DNA from: Cetorhinus maximus
Taxonomy: Eukaryota
Direction: 5' to 3'
Length of the DNA: 64,000 nt
Assembly: GCF_964194155.1 (NCBI RefSeq)
Contig: NC_135884.1
Location: forward strand, 46,500,001-46,564,000
This document shows positions 14,061 through 26,384 of this stretch, piece by piece. Both the position numbers and the translations under genes were made by a program. The notes below the pieces were generated by a model that saw nothing but the letters and a program-made list of their open reading frames with translations, was not told where the DNA came from and did no database searches. Positions within the stretch are counted from its first letter, which is position 1. Every line of letters starts with the position of its first letter.

Positions 14061-14699
14061 GCATTTCAGGATGTCAGGAAGGCAGTTGCAGTTACCTCAC
14101 CTATTAAAATATTTGAATTGCTTTCAAATGTTACTCAGGGGGCAGCACGCCCTCAATCTTCAGCTGCAAGTGGTCCTTTCCTCACAGCCTTACATGCAAT
14201 CACCTCACTAAAAACCACAAAGAGAACATCGCTACTTGGTGTATGTACCTGTCATCACACCTATAGCAGGCTGCATGCTGGCTCTAGGCTTTATTATATC
14301 TCATGATAACTGAAGGTAATTTTCACTTCCTGCATTTGTTTTAAAGGAAAAGACACGCCATGATAGCAGACAGAGAACAATGACTGATAATTGACCCTCA
14401 AAGCTCCACCATCACAGAAACTGCTGCTTTTCCTGTAAAAACCCAACAGGTTTATTAATGTTCTTTAGGGCAAGAAACCTGCCACCCCGACCTAGTCTGG
14501 ACTACACATGACTTCAGTCTCATACTAAGAAGTTGAATCCTAATGTCCTGAGAGTAACAAGGATGAGTAATAAATAGTGCCTTGTCAGTGTTGTCAACAT
14601 CACAAGAGCAAATAATAAAACATACCATGGTGATGGGACCAAGAAGGGCAATAAGGATGATCATTGCACAATTAAAGATAAACTTGATGCCAAAAGTTT

Positions 14700-15170
14700 G
14701 TACTCACTATGGAGGTGCAGATTTAGAGAAGGTGTAATCCAAGTGTTTAAGGTTATTAAAGTAATTAGCAACATGCAAGTAGAAATGTGCTTGAAATGAT
14801 GGATTCAGGTAAAACTAGGAGCAGCACATATAAGCTGAGAAAACAGAGGCTGAGGTTGGCTATCTGGAAGTTTTACTTCTCTCAAAAGTGATCAAAGTGT
14901 GGAAAAGATTTCAGAAGGAGGTATCGAAGACTATTGCTTTACAATCTTTCAAGAGAGATTGGATGGATTTCCGGTGACAAAAGTGTATGGGAGATGAGAG
15001 GAAATTATTCTCAGAGATTGTGGGACTTGTCTGGTCATGAAGAGTTAGAGAAGAATTAATTTTTGAAAGAGGAATGCAAACCAGCAAAATGTCTCGGGTT
15101 ATGCGCCTCTTGCAGGAAATGGAGGCCGGTACACAGAGCTGAAATGGATGGGGCCAAGAACTATATGGGC
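14700..15170 (+). mobile_element. Old CR1/L2-like LINE 3' fragment
   Basis: Degenerate RGDL..VFK and FSQ.V..VW..L-like coding remnants followed by a GATGGGCC.A...GGCCT 3' UTR motif. Confidence 0.55.
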
Positions 15171-15179
15171 CTAGTGTCA

Positions 15180-15930
15180 TTTTCTCTAGCTGGACATATG
15201 ACTGAAAAGACAGAGGGTCATGTCACCCAAGCAGTTGCACACAAGTTGTAACCTGCAGTAGGTCCATCTCAGAATTTAGCTACTGTGAATCAAGAGCTAC
15301 GTCAGTACAAAAAGCTCTATGATGAACTTAACATCCCAACCACCTTACACAGTATTCCAACAGGTTCTTGGAGAGGCACAAGGCTTCAGTCACAAACAGA
15401 AATAAAAGGAATCGTAACAGCTCCCTGGTTAGTGAGCATTCACCTGTATGATGGTTTGGCAACGGTAACAAAGGAGCTGCAGATTGAGAGAATTGGGATT
15501 CATCCCATTGATCCACATATGGCCATTGTTGAAGGAAGCATGCATGGCCTTACCAGCCCATGGCTCCTTGCACTATGAGAATCCTCACACTCTGTAAAAT
15601 TGAAGTGCCAGTCATGGCTGTCATCAGTTCTCCATGCAGAGAGTAATAAACCGATAGCGCTAAAGAAAAATGCAACTGTGACTTGCAGCTTGATGCATCT
15701 GTGAACAACTGTTTGGCTTATGCTTTAGATGTGGTGATGGGACAGTGCCAGCATAATCTGAAGAGAGAGGAAAAATGCCAGCTTGAAGCAAAGGGACAGG
15801 TGATGAAGACGGCCAACTTGAAAACAGACAGCAGAAGAAAAAGGCTCCCTCCATGCACTGACAGGACTGGAGCAGGCTAGCGTGAACTGAGAGGAGGAGG
15901 AGAAGAGTATCAGCAGGAATTGAGAGGTGG
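15180..15930 (-). pseudogene. Second, heavily decayed Harbinger transposase
   Basis: Manual translation of ~15405-15495 gives NSLNLQLLCYRCQTIIQVNAH*PGSCYDSF, homologous to NVQLVCDHQKHILHICARYPGSCHDSY of the first element. Confidence 0.7.
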
Positions 15931-15932
15931 AG

Positions 15933-16832
15933 GAACATAAACGAATCAGGAGCAGGAGTAGACCACTCAGCCCCTCGAGCCGGCCCCGTCATTCAATAAG
16001 ATCATGGTTGATCTAATTTTAACCTCAGCTCTACATTCCTGCCTGATAACCTTTCATCCCTTTGCTTATCAAGAATCTATCTACCTCTGCCTTAAAGATG
16101 TACAAAGGCTCTGCCTAAACCACCTTTTGAGGAAGAGAATTCCAAAGTCCCGCAAGACCCTGAGAGAAATTTTTTTTCCTCATTTCAGTCTTAAATGAGC
16201 GACCCTTTATTGTTAAGCAGTGACCTCCAGTTCTAGATTCTCCCACAAGAGGAAACATCCTTTCCACATGCACCCTGTCATGACCCCTCAGGGTCTTATA
16301 TGTTTCAATCAAGTAATCTCTTACTCTTCTAAACTCCAGCGGATACAAGCCTAGTCTGTCCAGCCTTTCCTCATAAGACTACTCGCCCATTCCAGGTATT
16401 AGTCTAGTAAACCTTCTCTGAACTGCTTCCAATGCACTTACATCCCTCCTTAAATAAGGAGACCAATACTATATACAGTACTCCAGATGTGGTCTCACCA
16501 ATGCCCTGTATAACTTTAGCATAACCTCCCTACTTTTGATTCAATCCCCCTCTCAATAAATGATAACATTCTATTAGTTTTGCTAATTACTTGCTGCACC
16601 TGCATACTAACCTTTTGTGATTCATGCACTAAGACACCCAGATCCCTCTGCATCTCAGAGCTCTACAATCTCTCACTATTTAGATAACATGCTTCTTTTT
16701 TATTCATCCTGACAAAATAGACAATGTTTGTTTCCACATTATATCTCATTTGCCAGATCTTTGCCCCTTCAGCTAACCTATCTATATCCTTTTGTAGCCT
16801 CATTATGTCCTCTTCACAATTTACTTGGGGAT
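15933..16832 (-). mobile_element. 5'-truncated CR1 LINE
   Basis: EFRRVRDYLIETYKTLRG, FSQGLAGLWNSLPQK and LQKDIDRLAE motifs plus a CR1 3' UTR. Confidence 0.9.
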
Positions 16833-18818
16833 AGATAACTGGCATGAACTGAGGAGAGGCCTGAGAGGAGACAGGAGGGAGAAGAACCACCATGAACTTG
16901 GGGGGGCAGATTGCTGATGTGAACTGAGGGTGGGGGAAAACATAGAAAGAACAATGACAGCATTAACTGCGTGGGGTAAGGGGAGAAGAGTGCAAATGTA
17001 AACTGGCAGAGGGTGAAGAAGAGCATCCATGTGTTACTCTGACAAACATATAAAAAATAAATTACTGATCAGTTTGAGAAATTAAGTGTGCTAATACATA
17101 TCCACAATAGAATACAATTTCTCCAAAAGAAATAGGTGATAACTCTAACATTTTGCATCAAATTTATCTACTATACAAGTAATGACATGTTGCGTATACC
17201 TGTAGCTTGTTATGACAAGCCCATATCCCTCAGCACTTCCAGTGTAACTTTTCATCATTAACATATGGTCAGGCTATTTTTGAGTTGTCAGTTTTTTGAA
17301 GCTATATCAGCTTTTTTAACAGTTGCTGATGAGTTTTTTTTTTGATTTTCTAGGTTGGCATGCATTGTCCTTCAAGATGTATCACTATAAAATATGTAGT
17401 TTGCTTGTCTGCCAACAGTTTTGGTATTCCATCATCTGTCTAGGTTGCGTAAAGTTTTTTTTTAGTTTGCAAGTTGGTGCTGCCTTTAAACAGCTGTTTA
17501 ATATATTTAAAATAATATTTAAATGGAAAATTGTCACTTATCTTACCTTGCAGATTATTATGTTCAGATGAAAATCTGTTTCAACACATTCTTCATGGGT
17601 TTAGATCCCCAGATGATATAGACTAGAAGCATCCCTAAGTACCTCTGCTCAGCCTCTCTTCATTGGAAGCTGTCAAGAAAAAGAGCAGCATTTTAGACTT
17701 CCTATTGACCTCAAGGAATGTTGGAATCAAGAGGCATATTCCTGAAAATCACCCAATGCATGTTTCAAACTTAAATCACAATAATACTATAAACAGGAAA
17801 GGACCACTTATTTCTGAAAGTTTGGCAATAGCATGCCAGTCACTTGACTCCATCTATCTTCTTGACTTGGAATTTATCTATTTATCTGAATGGATAGTGC
17901 AACAGTGGAAAGGATACATTCCAATTGAGAGGAGGAGGGAATTTTGCACACACTTCTTGCCAGCCAATGCTTAGGTATCTTTACCAGTGAGTCTGTGGTA
18001 CCAAAGCAAGGAACGTTGACATTGATAGCCAAGGTCTAACTTGTGATAACACAGGAATTGGCAACTCTGTTTGCTTGCCTTTTGAGCAAATACACATACC
18101 TTTCTCTGCAACAAAGGAATTTCAGATTGAAAGGCATAATAAAAATGTCATTGTATTCAGTTATCCAGTGTATGTGTTTTCCTGGTGTATTGTCAATTGA
18201 GCTTTGCCAACCTTTCTGTGCTAGCCGTGAATGTGCCCTATTATTTCTAAACTCTATCAGGGCCGCTACATGAATGCCATTAAATGTAAAAAAACAGATA
18301 AACCTCCTGTCACCCATCATTCTTTTTCACCTGCCAAATGCACTCATTTTCAGTTAGCAGCTCTTATCTCTCTGCATCCTTCCAGTCCTTGGCTAAAATA
18401 AATATGTAAACTCAGTAGTTTCTTGGTCTCTCTGAACACGCCAAGGCCAACTTTGCTTAAATCGGAGCTCTCAAACTTTTCAGGCTAGGCCCCAATTTTT
18501 TAATTTTCTTCAGTCAACATCTCACTGAAAAATTTCACAACTTCTCATGCCCTCTAGCTAAGGATGTTTGTTTCAACAGTGCTTATGTTCAGGGAAGCTT
18601 CTCATCACGTCATTCTCAAAGCAAACTGAAAAAGTGAGGGAAATTTATTTTTATTTCTGTATATGGAAAACATTGTAATGGTTTCTCGCTGATTTTGATA
18701 TTCTATCTCTGCCTTCTATAACTTCCTTCTCCCTCCTTTCCTTTATTTGCCTATGATATTTATTTACATGGGGACTACAAACCCGGGCAATTAGCTGAAC
18801 CTAGGGAACATTATTAGG

Positions 18819-19160
18819 GGAGACGGTAGCTTGGTGGTAATGTCACTGGATGAGGAATCCAGAGACCCAGGCTAATTCTCTGGGGGTATGGGTTCAAATC
18901 TCATCATGGCACCTGGTGGAATTTAAATTCAATTCAGTGAAAGCTATCATCAATTATTGTAAAAGCCTATCTGGTTCATTAATGCCCTTTGGGGAAGGAA
19001 ATCTGCCTTACTTACCTGGTCTGGCCTACATGTTACTCCAGATCTACAGCAATGTGGTTGACTCTTAACTGCCCTCTGAAATGGCCTAGCAAGCCACTCC
19101 ATTCAAGGGCAACTAGGGATGGGCAATAAATCCAGGCCTCGCCCACATCCCATGCAAGAA
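18819..19160 (+). mobile_element. HE1-type tRNA-derived SINE
   Basis: Pol III A-box-like head, B-box GGGTTCAAATC, and a 3' tail GGGATGGGCAATAAAT...CACATCCCATG shared with the HER1-like LINE. Confidence 0.88.
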
Positions 19161-19766
19161 TTTTTTTTTTAAATCATGCAATAAGAAGGAAGGTGTGACC
19201 CAGGTTCGAAGAAAAACAAATGCATAAACATTTAATGGTGAAGGAGAAAGTTGACTGGTAATTTAGTGATCACAACGTAGGTGACAGACTGAACACAGAC
19301 AGGTAAAATAAATTTTCAATACACTTCCACTTGTTAAACCATTAGTGTGTCAGTTCCAATGATGCTTGGAGTTCTGCCAGTAGAAGCAGTGTTCCTTTTC
19401 CAACGTACAGAGAGAATGAATCAATACCTGAGTAATTGTTCCCTTTAACCAAAAATCCTAATTAGCGGTATGTCCATTATAAGAATCTATGTGAGGAGAT
19501 TATAATTGTCATAGCTTTCAAGCATTCCACTTTAATCAAGTTGTTCTGACATTCACGGCTGAGAAAATCAGAAGTTGCCCACAAGACTCCCAAATCAGTA
19601 AAATAACTGACAGACAAACTTTACAGAATATCTCATTTCAGTCCTTACAGCAGATCCAAATTCTACCTGCCCAGTACCACGGTCAGTAGATTGATTATTT
19701 TGTTATATTCATTGTATACCTGATGTTAAATATTTAAAGTGAATTGAAACCCTTAAGTTACACTTT

Positions 19767-19844
19767 GGTCGGAATTTTCCACCCTCCTCCCCCACGAGCC
19801 ACTCAAACTTCAATTCACTTTGTCGGGACCGGAAAATCCTGCCC
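19767..19844. mobile_element. 78-bp Harbinger-type micro-MITE
   Basis: TIRs GGTCGGAATTTTCC / GGAAAATCCTGCCC flanked by a 3-bp TTT duplication (19764-19766 and 19845-19847). Confidence 0.75.
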
Positions 19845-19884
19845 TTTGAGTGTGTGCTATGTCTTTAGCTGCATTTGAAATGTG

Positions 19885-20597
19885 GCGCTGGATTTTACGC
19901 TCCCCCTTCCCGCCACCCCGTCCCCACCGGTCATGCTTTATTAGGGGGTTGAGGGGGGGGAGTCACGTAAAATCGGATGGGTGACTGACCCACTGCTTTG
20001 CCGCTCACCCCAAACCCATCCCCCATAACAGGGTGGGGTGGGTGGGTAAGGTGCCCGCTAACCCGCCTGCTCTTAAGCCTTTTGAAGCCCTCAACTGCCC
20101 AATTAAGGGGTAATTACAGGCTTCATTCTGCCTCTGCCACTATAATATGTTTGGTGGTGGAAGGTGGGCAAAAGTGGCCAAGCCACTTTTTCACCAGCTT
20201 TGGTGAAAGCGTGAGAAAGGAAGGGGGTGTTGCACTGTGCACATCAGGGACTTCTCCACCCCCCCTCCTCAACCACCACCCTTTTCCACCACAAAATATG
20301 CCAATCCCTCCCTCCCCTCAGCCTTCAAAATTCAACCTCTCACCCCTCCCCTAGGATGCCTGATCCCTCCCTGCCCAAAAGTCCTGGACTTACCTCAGGC
20401 CAGTATCCATGCTGTCTTCTTTGTGGGACTGCCTGCAGTCCCAGCCAGAGCCTAGTACTGAGTGCTGATACTGCTGGGACTAGGATGTCCTTCCACTGAG
20501 GCATGGAAGTCTTGCTAACCTTGCTAAGGACACCTGCAGCGTATTATCACTGCAGGCACCCTTTTTTAAAGTCGGTCAGTTCATGTGAAATTCACCT
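19885..20597. mobile_element. Harbinger-type MITE, second subfamily
   Basis: Termini GCGCTGGATTTTAC / GTGAAATTCACC. The interior (GGACTTACC...GGGACTGCCTGCAGTCCCAGC) is homologous, inverted, to 23545-24125. Confidence 0.65.
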
Positions 20598-22016
20598 CCT
20601 GGTTTACTTTATCCATAAGCTTAGGCAAGCAAACTAGGATTTGGCAGTGGAAACCTAGTCCAGTTGAAATATTCTCAGTTGGCAAGGATGTCCCCTCAGA
20701 ATAGGATTGGGCGTTATGTTGTGCTTTTGGCTCTACAGGTACTGGCTGATCTGCTGTGTATTTACAGGAATCTGTTGTTTTTAAACAGTGCATATACAGT
20801 AATGTAATTTTAAACTCGTGGCACCATCAAGTCCTTCCTTGCAAAATTGAATGAATTCAAAATTCCAGTAAGCCTTTGTCCTAAATTTAATCAGATTCTA
20901 GGTTCTTTAGAACAAGCAATGTTTCATGAACAGAATCCCATTCAACCAGAGACAAAGTTGTGTTTTCCAATTACTGTCATGTGACAAAAGCTGTCCAATA
21001 GTGCAGATTGTGGGATGACAGATGGGTGAATGAAATCATCCAGAAATACAGGGAGAAAGAGAAAGATCAGAGCAAAGTAAGATTAGGTAAGGGAGAGATA
21101 GAGTGGAAAGATCATGCAAATAAGTCAAAGGATAGAGAGTCGAGCGCAAAGCAAAGTCAAAGGGACAGAATAAAGAGTCACAAAGATCAAAGATGCAGCG
21201 AATTCGCTAAGAATAATATCTCAGAAAATGAATTAATAATATATCAAACATTTTGACAAATTTACAGATGTTACACTTCCTGTAAGTGCTCCTTACATCC
21301 TGTAACTTTTCCCCAGTTAAAATTTCTCCATCACACTTTGTTGACTAGGGCTGAAAGTAATATCGGAACATAACAGAACTGAAGTAGGAAGCATACAAAT
21401 GAAAGGTAAGGGAAGCAGCTAAAAGTAATTGCCAATAAGAAATTGCTGAAATCTTATGAAAACAACTGATCCTGAATGGTCAATTAAGAAACATATCAAT
21501 TAAAGTAAGAAGGTGAACTAATCATATTGCTTTTTGAAAACAGTTTCATCTACTTTTCTCAGTTACTGAAACTTCAATTGTCAAAATAAGATTTTTAACA
21601 AAAGAAAAACACCAAAAAAATTCATAATGTGATTAAATTTGCCCATTGAATTTTGTGGGAGTTTTTTCACCTTTATTAAGGTTTTCCTTTAAGCCCCCAG
21701 CCTGTCAGAAAATCTGGGCTATGACTGGCTATTTATCCCTTGAACAATTGTTGCCAATTGTTGCCAAACACATTTGTGGATTCTGAGTATGTACAGTTTG
21801 AGGAGTTTCCAAGCATACATCAGTGGGATTCTCTCAGTGAACGTGAAAGGGTGCTCCCTCTCATCCTGTAACTGTCTCAGCTTTTTTTTTCTTTCAAAAG
21901 ACTTCAAAGCAAATAGAAGATTGAACTCTCAAAACTTTTATTTTAAGCAAGGTTCACATTTTAAAAATGAATAACTTCTCATTTTCTCTTATAGACTACT
22001 CATTTTCACTTCAGAG

Positions 22017-24197
22017 TGTTACTAATTTTAACAACACCTACGTCCACCCTCCACAAGACTTACCACACCAACCACATCCTGACCCTGCAACACCATAGAG
22101 TGGTCACAAACTTCTACAGTACCCTCCCATGGATTCCTTTATTCCCTCTAGACTCCCTCTACTGGTACATGTGTGTATGGTAGCCTTAAGTGGACAACAT
22201 GCATGATACAATAGACTACATAGCTCCACTTCTTAGTGAATGAGAAGCTTAGCATGTTTCAATGGTTTGTTTCCAAAAATGTAAAAAATAAACTTAAGCA
22301 TGACATGGACGTTCAACTTTACCAGTAACACTGTTACATATTCTAACTTTTCTACTAATTCACCAATACACTCAATCATGTACAATGAAATGAAAGATTT
22401 GTTCAACAACTGAAAATAGTTCATTTTGTAACATAATAATTTAGGTATGATGGACATTTTCTCTGATGAGTAAGATATCATTTGACATCAGGTGTGGTCT
22501 CATGTAACTTACATTCTTCATCTGAGATGTTGATGTGGAATCAGATTCAATGCTTTTGAATGGTGCTTTGAAGAATGACATGTTTTGTGTGATGGTTTGT
22601 GAACAGCGCTTAACAGTGATCAGTCATCCTTTTGTGTTGGTCACAATGGATGGATGTCATAAGAGGTTATTTGCTTTCCAACATGACTGCCACACAAGCA
22701 CTTCATCTCTTGGCTTTAGTGGTATAGCTCTAAATGTCATGTTTTGTTGTGCATTTACTTTCATTCAACCCTTCTCTTCTCAATTGCATTTATGTTCACG
22801 TTGATCATTAGCTCCATGGGGCATCTTGTTTTGTTGCTTTGCTGTTAGCTAGTTTTAGTGATTTCGGCACTGCAATTAGACTAACGTAATTAAGATGTTG
22901 TTCAGCAACCTTTTCCTCACGACCATGGAACTTTGAGTATCCAACCTCTAATCGAGTAGATGGTTTGCTGTGTGGATTGTTGAACAAGCTTCCTAGTGGA
23001 CTATGATCAGTTATTACTTCAAACTCACTTCCACATAAGTAGAGATGAAAGTGTAAGATACCCCATGTAATTGAGAGTGCTTCTCTCTCTGTTTGCAAAT
23101 AATGCTGTTCTACATTAGCAATTTGCTACAATCACAATGATTGATGGGGTGCCTGCCTTGTCTTTCTGAATGAGAAATGCACCTAACCCCAACTGAGCTT
23201 GCATCCATGACTAACTGGGTGGTTTTCTCAAGGTCGAAATAGGCATTTGTGTAACTTGCTAATAACTATTGTTTAATCTGCTGTACAACCTGTTTGTGTG
23301 ATTTAGTCCACTCCCACTTGGTGGTCTCTTTAGTTAGATCGCATAGAGGGCAAATAATGTAGCAAGGTCAGGAATGAAGCGACTACAGTATATGATGAGC
23401 CCTAACAGACTCCGGACTTTCTACACATTCTGCAGTGTTTGCAATAGCTTCAACTTTCCATGGATCAGGTGATACTCCTTCTCCGATGAAAAGGTGACTG
23501 GAGAAATCGATTCTGTTTCATTGAACAGGCACTTGTCTTTGTTCAAGGTGAGGTTCCATTCTCCCCCAGAGAGCTGCCAGTCAACCTGATTGGCCCACAA
23601 CTCTGTAGTCCCAGCAGCGCCAGAAGACAGTAGTGGCCACTGCTGGGACTACAGGCAATCCCAAGGAAGAAGTGAAGATGGATACCGGGCTTCAGGTAAG
23701 TCTGAGGATTTTGAGCAGGCAAGCTGGGAGACCCCACTGAGGGTGGGGGGGTCGGGTTAGAGAGATCATGGTAGGGACAAAGGGAGGTACAATCTTGGGG
23801 GTGTACCACTCATGGGCACATCCCCCAAAGGAGATACCTCTCCTTCCTGCCCAACAGCAGCCCACACTGTCAAAGCTGCTGGGCTGCTCAGCTTGCTTCA
23901 GTTTTCACCCACAGCCCGAAAAATTGCAGCAGAGGCAGAATGAGGCCCTTAAGTGGCAGTTAATTATCCCCTTAAGGGTTCAATAGGCCTAACGGTGAGC
24001 AGGTTGCCTGACAACTTACTTGCCTACCATAATATGGAGGACAAGTCAGAGGTGGGTTGCCATCCACTTTACTTTACATGCCCCCTGCCTTCAAATATGC
24101 CAGCAGTGGACAGTAAAATACACCCTATGGATTTCTTTATTCCCCTTCTAGACTCTCTCTGCTGGTACATGGTAGCCTTAAGTGGACATAGTCCACA
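22017..24197 (-). mobile_element. Internally deleted Gypsy LTR retrotransposon (3' LTR ~22017-22220; 5' LTR remnant ~24127-24197)
   Basis: RNase H motif QTEREALSITWGILHFHLYLCGSEFEVITDHSPL (22808-23098) and RT end TLNKDKCLF...GVSPDPWKVEAI (~23440-23548). Direct repeat 22129-22196 = 24127-24188. A purine tract precedes TGTAG on the minus strand at 22220. Confidence 0.75.
23545..24125. mobile_element. Truncated Harbinger-type MITE inside the Gypsy remnant
   Basis: Ends in a TIR-like GTAAAATACACCC; inverted homology to 19885-20597. Confidence 0.6.
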
Positions 24198-26384
24198 ATG
24201 CCATTTTCAATACACTACACTCCTGTTGCCTCAAAAGATGGAAAATAACACTACCAGATCAATGTTAACAGGCTAACGCTACTTGATTTGTTTTTTTTTT
24301 CACAGAAGAAACAATATACAAAAGCAAAGATCAAGATGCCAGAACCTGCCTCCCAACTACTCAAAGAAACCAGAAACCCACTCCTAATGAGTCCAATTAC
24401 AAGGACATGCCCCATTGCTCCACAACCCACTTTCCAATACTCCCAGACTCAGGGTCCACTCCCAGAGTACTTCCACAACCCAATAATGTCAGACCCCAGA
24501 TCCCATCCCAGTGCTGCCAGATCCCAGGCTTCCCCCACCCTCCCCATACTGATTAATCAATGTCCCTGATAACATGCAGAACAGCCCTGTTCTCATAAAA
24601 CTTCCAATTCACTATCAGTAATACCACAGGACATCAACTAGTACACATACTATACAGAGCTTTAATATAATTATTATTACTATTTTAATATCTTGCCATT
24701 GTCTTTTTGCATTTGTATATTTTTCTTCTGTAAGTAAATCAGATCAAGTAGTAGCCTGTTTAAACTGGTCTGGTGGTGATATTTTCCAACTTTTGAGGTG
24801 ACAGAAGAATATGATGTACAACCCGCATATTTTTCCCAGTTAACAATATAGCTTGGGATTAATTCTTAAAAGCTGTGTACACTAGTCTGGACATGGAAGA
24901 GAATAAACATACAGGTTTTAGTTCAGAAGATATTTGATCTGTTAAAAAAACTGCTGTCTAATATGAACACAAATGTAAGTGCTGTGAAAAAGCCTGAACC
25001 ATACCAGTGGCAATGTAAGGACATTTGCAAATATTTTCTCTATTCCAAAGTAAATTGGAAGCATTCGAAAAGAGTATACCTTTGGTTTAGCTAGAAATGC
25101 TAAGTAAAGGAAATTTTCACACAATTGCACAATGTTACTGCACACAGCAGCCTGGCAAATTCTTATTTCGGGATAAGCTACTATTCATTCTCTCAATTCT
25201 CTACATTCCAAGTTTCAAAGCTCATCAATGCCATTCGAGAAAATATCCATGTATCCACTCTCACCCTCTGTCGCGGCCAACCACATCCACTCCCAACCCG
25301 CCAGACTACCAAGAACCTTCACTACCCCATAAGATCACCCACTGTGTTTTATAACCTCCACTCAGAAATTTGAAGAAAACCACTTGCCCGACCCTTCAAC
25401 AGTTGATGGTGCATGACACAGGGTAACCAAGAGGAGGGCTTTTTTTTAAAGAAGAGTGATCGGTGAGGGTGGGCGTGGCTCATGCTTATCAACAAAAATG
25501 GCTGCTGAATGGCTTTCCAGCGTATGTATCCTAGTGACCGCAAAGTGCTGAAAGCACAGTTGCTGAAAATGTACTGCAGATTATTTATCATATTCTCAAT
25601 CAGTATTGACATTCAAACTCTTAAAAGCTCCATAAACATGAAAGTAATCAACCTTCTTCCATTATTTACCCCATCCATATGTGAAGTGCTTCATAAAGAA
25701 TGCTACTCCATGCCACACGGCTATTTCATATTCAATCCCTTCGAGGAGAACTCCAAGAGTAATTTCCCTGCCACTTAGCTTGTTTTTTTTTATTTTTGCT
25801 TGGGCTAAATAATTTATCAGGTGATAAAAGATAAGTTGTTCATCACCTACTCTGCCCCAGTCTATACTAAGTGTTGCAAAGCCATTTGCTTAATGAAGGT
25901 TTACATTAATGAAGTTCCTAGTACTTCACACAATCACAGTTTAGTTGCAACTACAGAAAAACACAAAATGTGGACAGTTATTTGTAAAAGTGTATTTCAT
26001 TAAATACAGTTATAAGATTATAAGCAAAGACACATGATTTGCAAATATTTCCTGGCAGATTCGATTGAACAAAACTTCTTTGAAATATTCAACCTTCTTT
26101 TACCTAAAACAGTTTTCAATCAAACCCCAACAGCTAAGTGCGTGGGAATAAATTCAGCAATCAGATGCAAAGTATTTAAACAGCAAATCACTGGCAAACC
26201 ACTGCCCGGTTGCCTGTTGTAATCTCTGGTTAATTAACATCAGAAATAGAAAAAGACTCTGCTGTTAATTTAGTCATTTATCAGAATCCAGAACATCCAC
26301 CTGTTTCTCCCTCAGTCACTGCTGTGCATTCCAGGCACTCTTCTATATATTTTTCCTGGGGAAATCATTGCCTTATTTCACATA

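Noticed and set aside
18819-18920. tRNA gene
   Set aside because: The A/B boxes belong to the head of an HE1-type SINE that continues into a LINE-derived tail.
21008-21256. Lys/Glu/Arg-rich 82-aa ORF
   Set aside because: Purine-rich low-complexity intronic sequence with no homology cues.
25653-25760. Cytokine receptor (WSxWS / GHR-like) identity for the pseudogene
   Set aside because: WSSILY appears only after a frameshift. The large FN3 count and downstream kinase-like exons fit a different receptor class.
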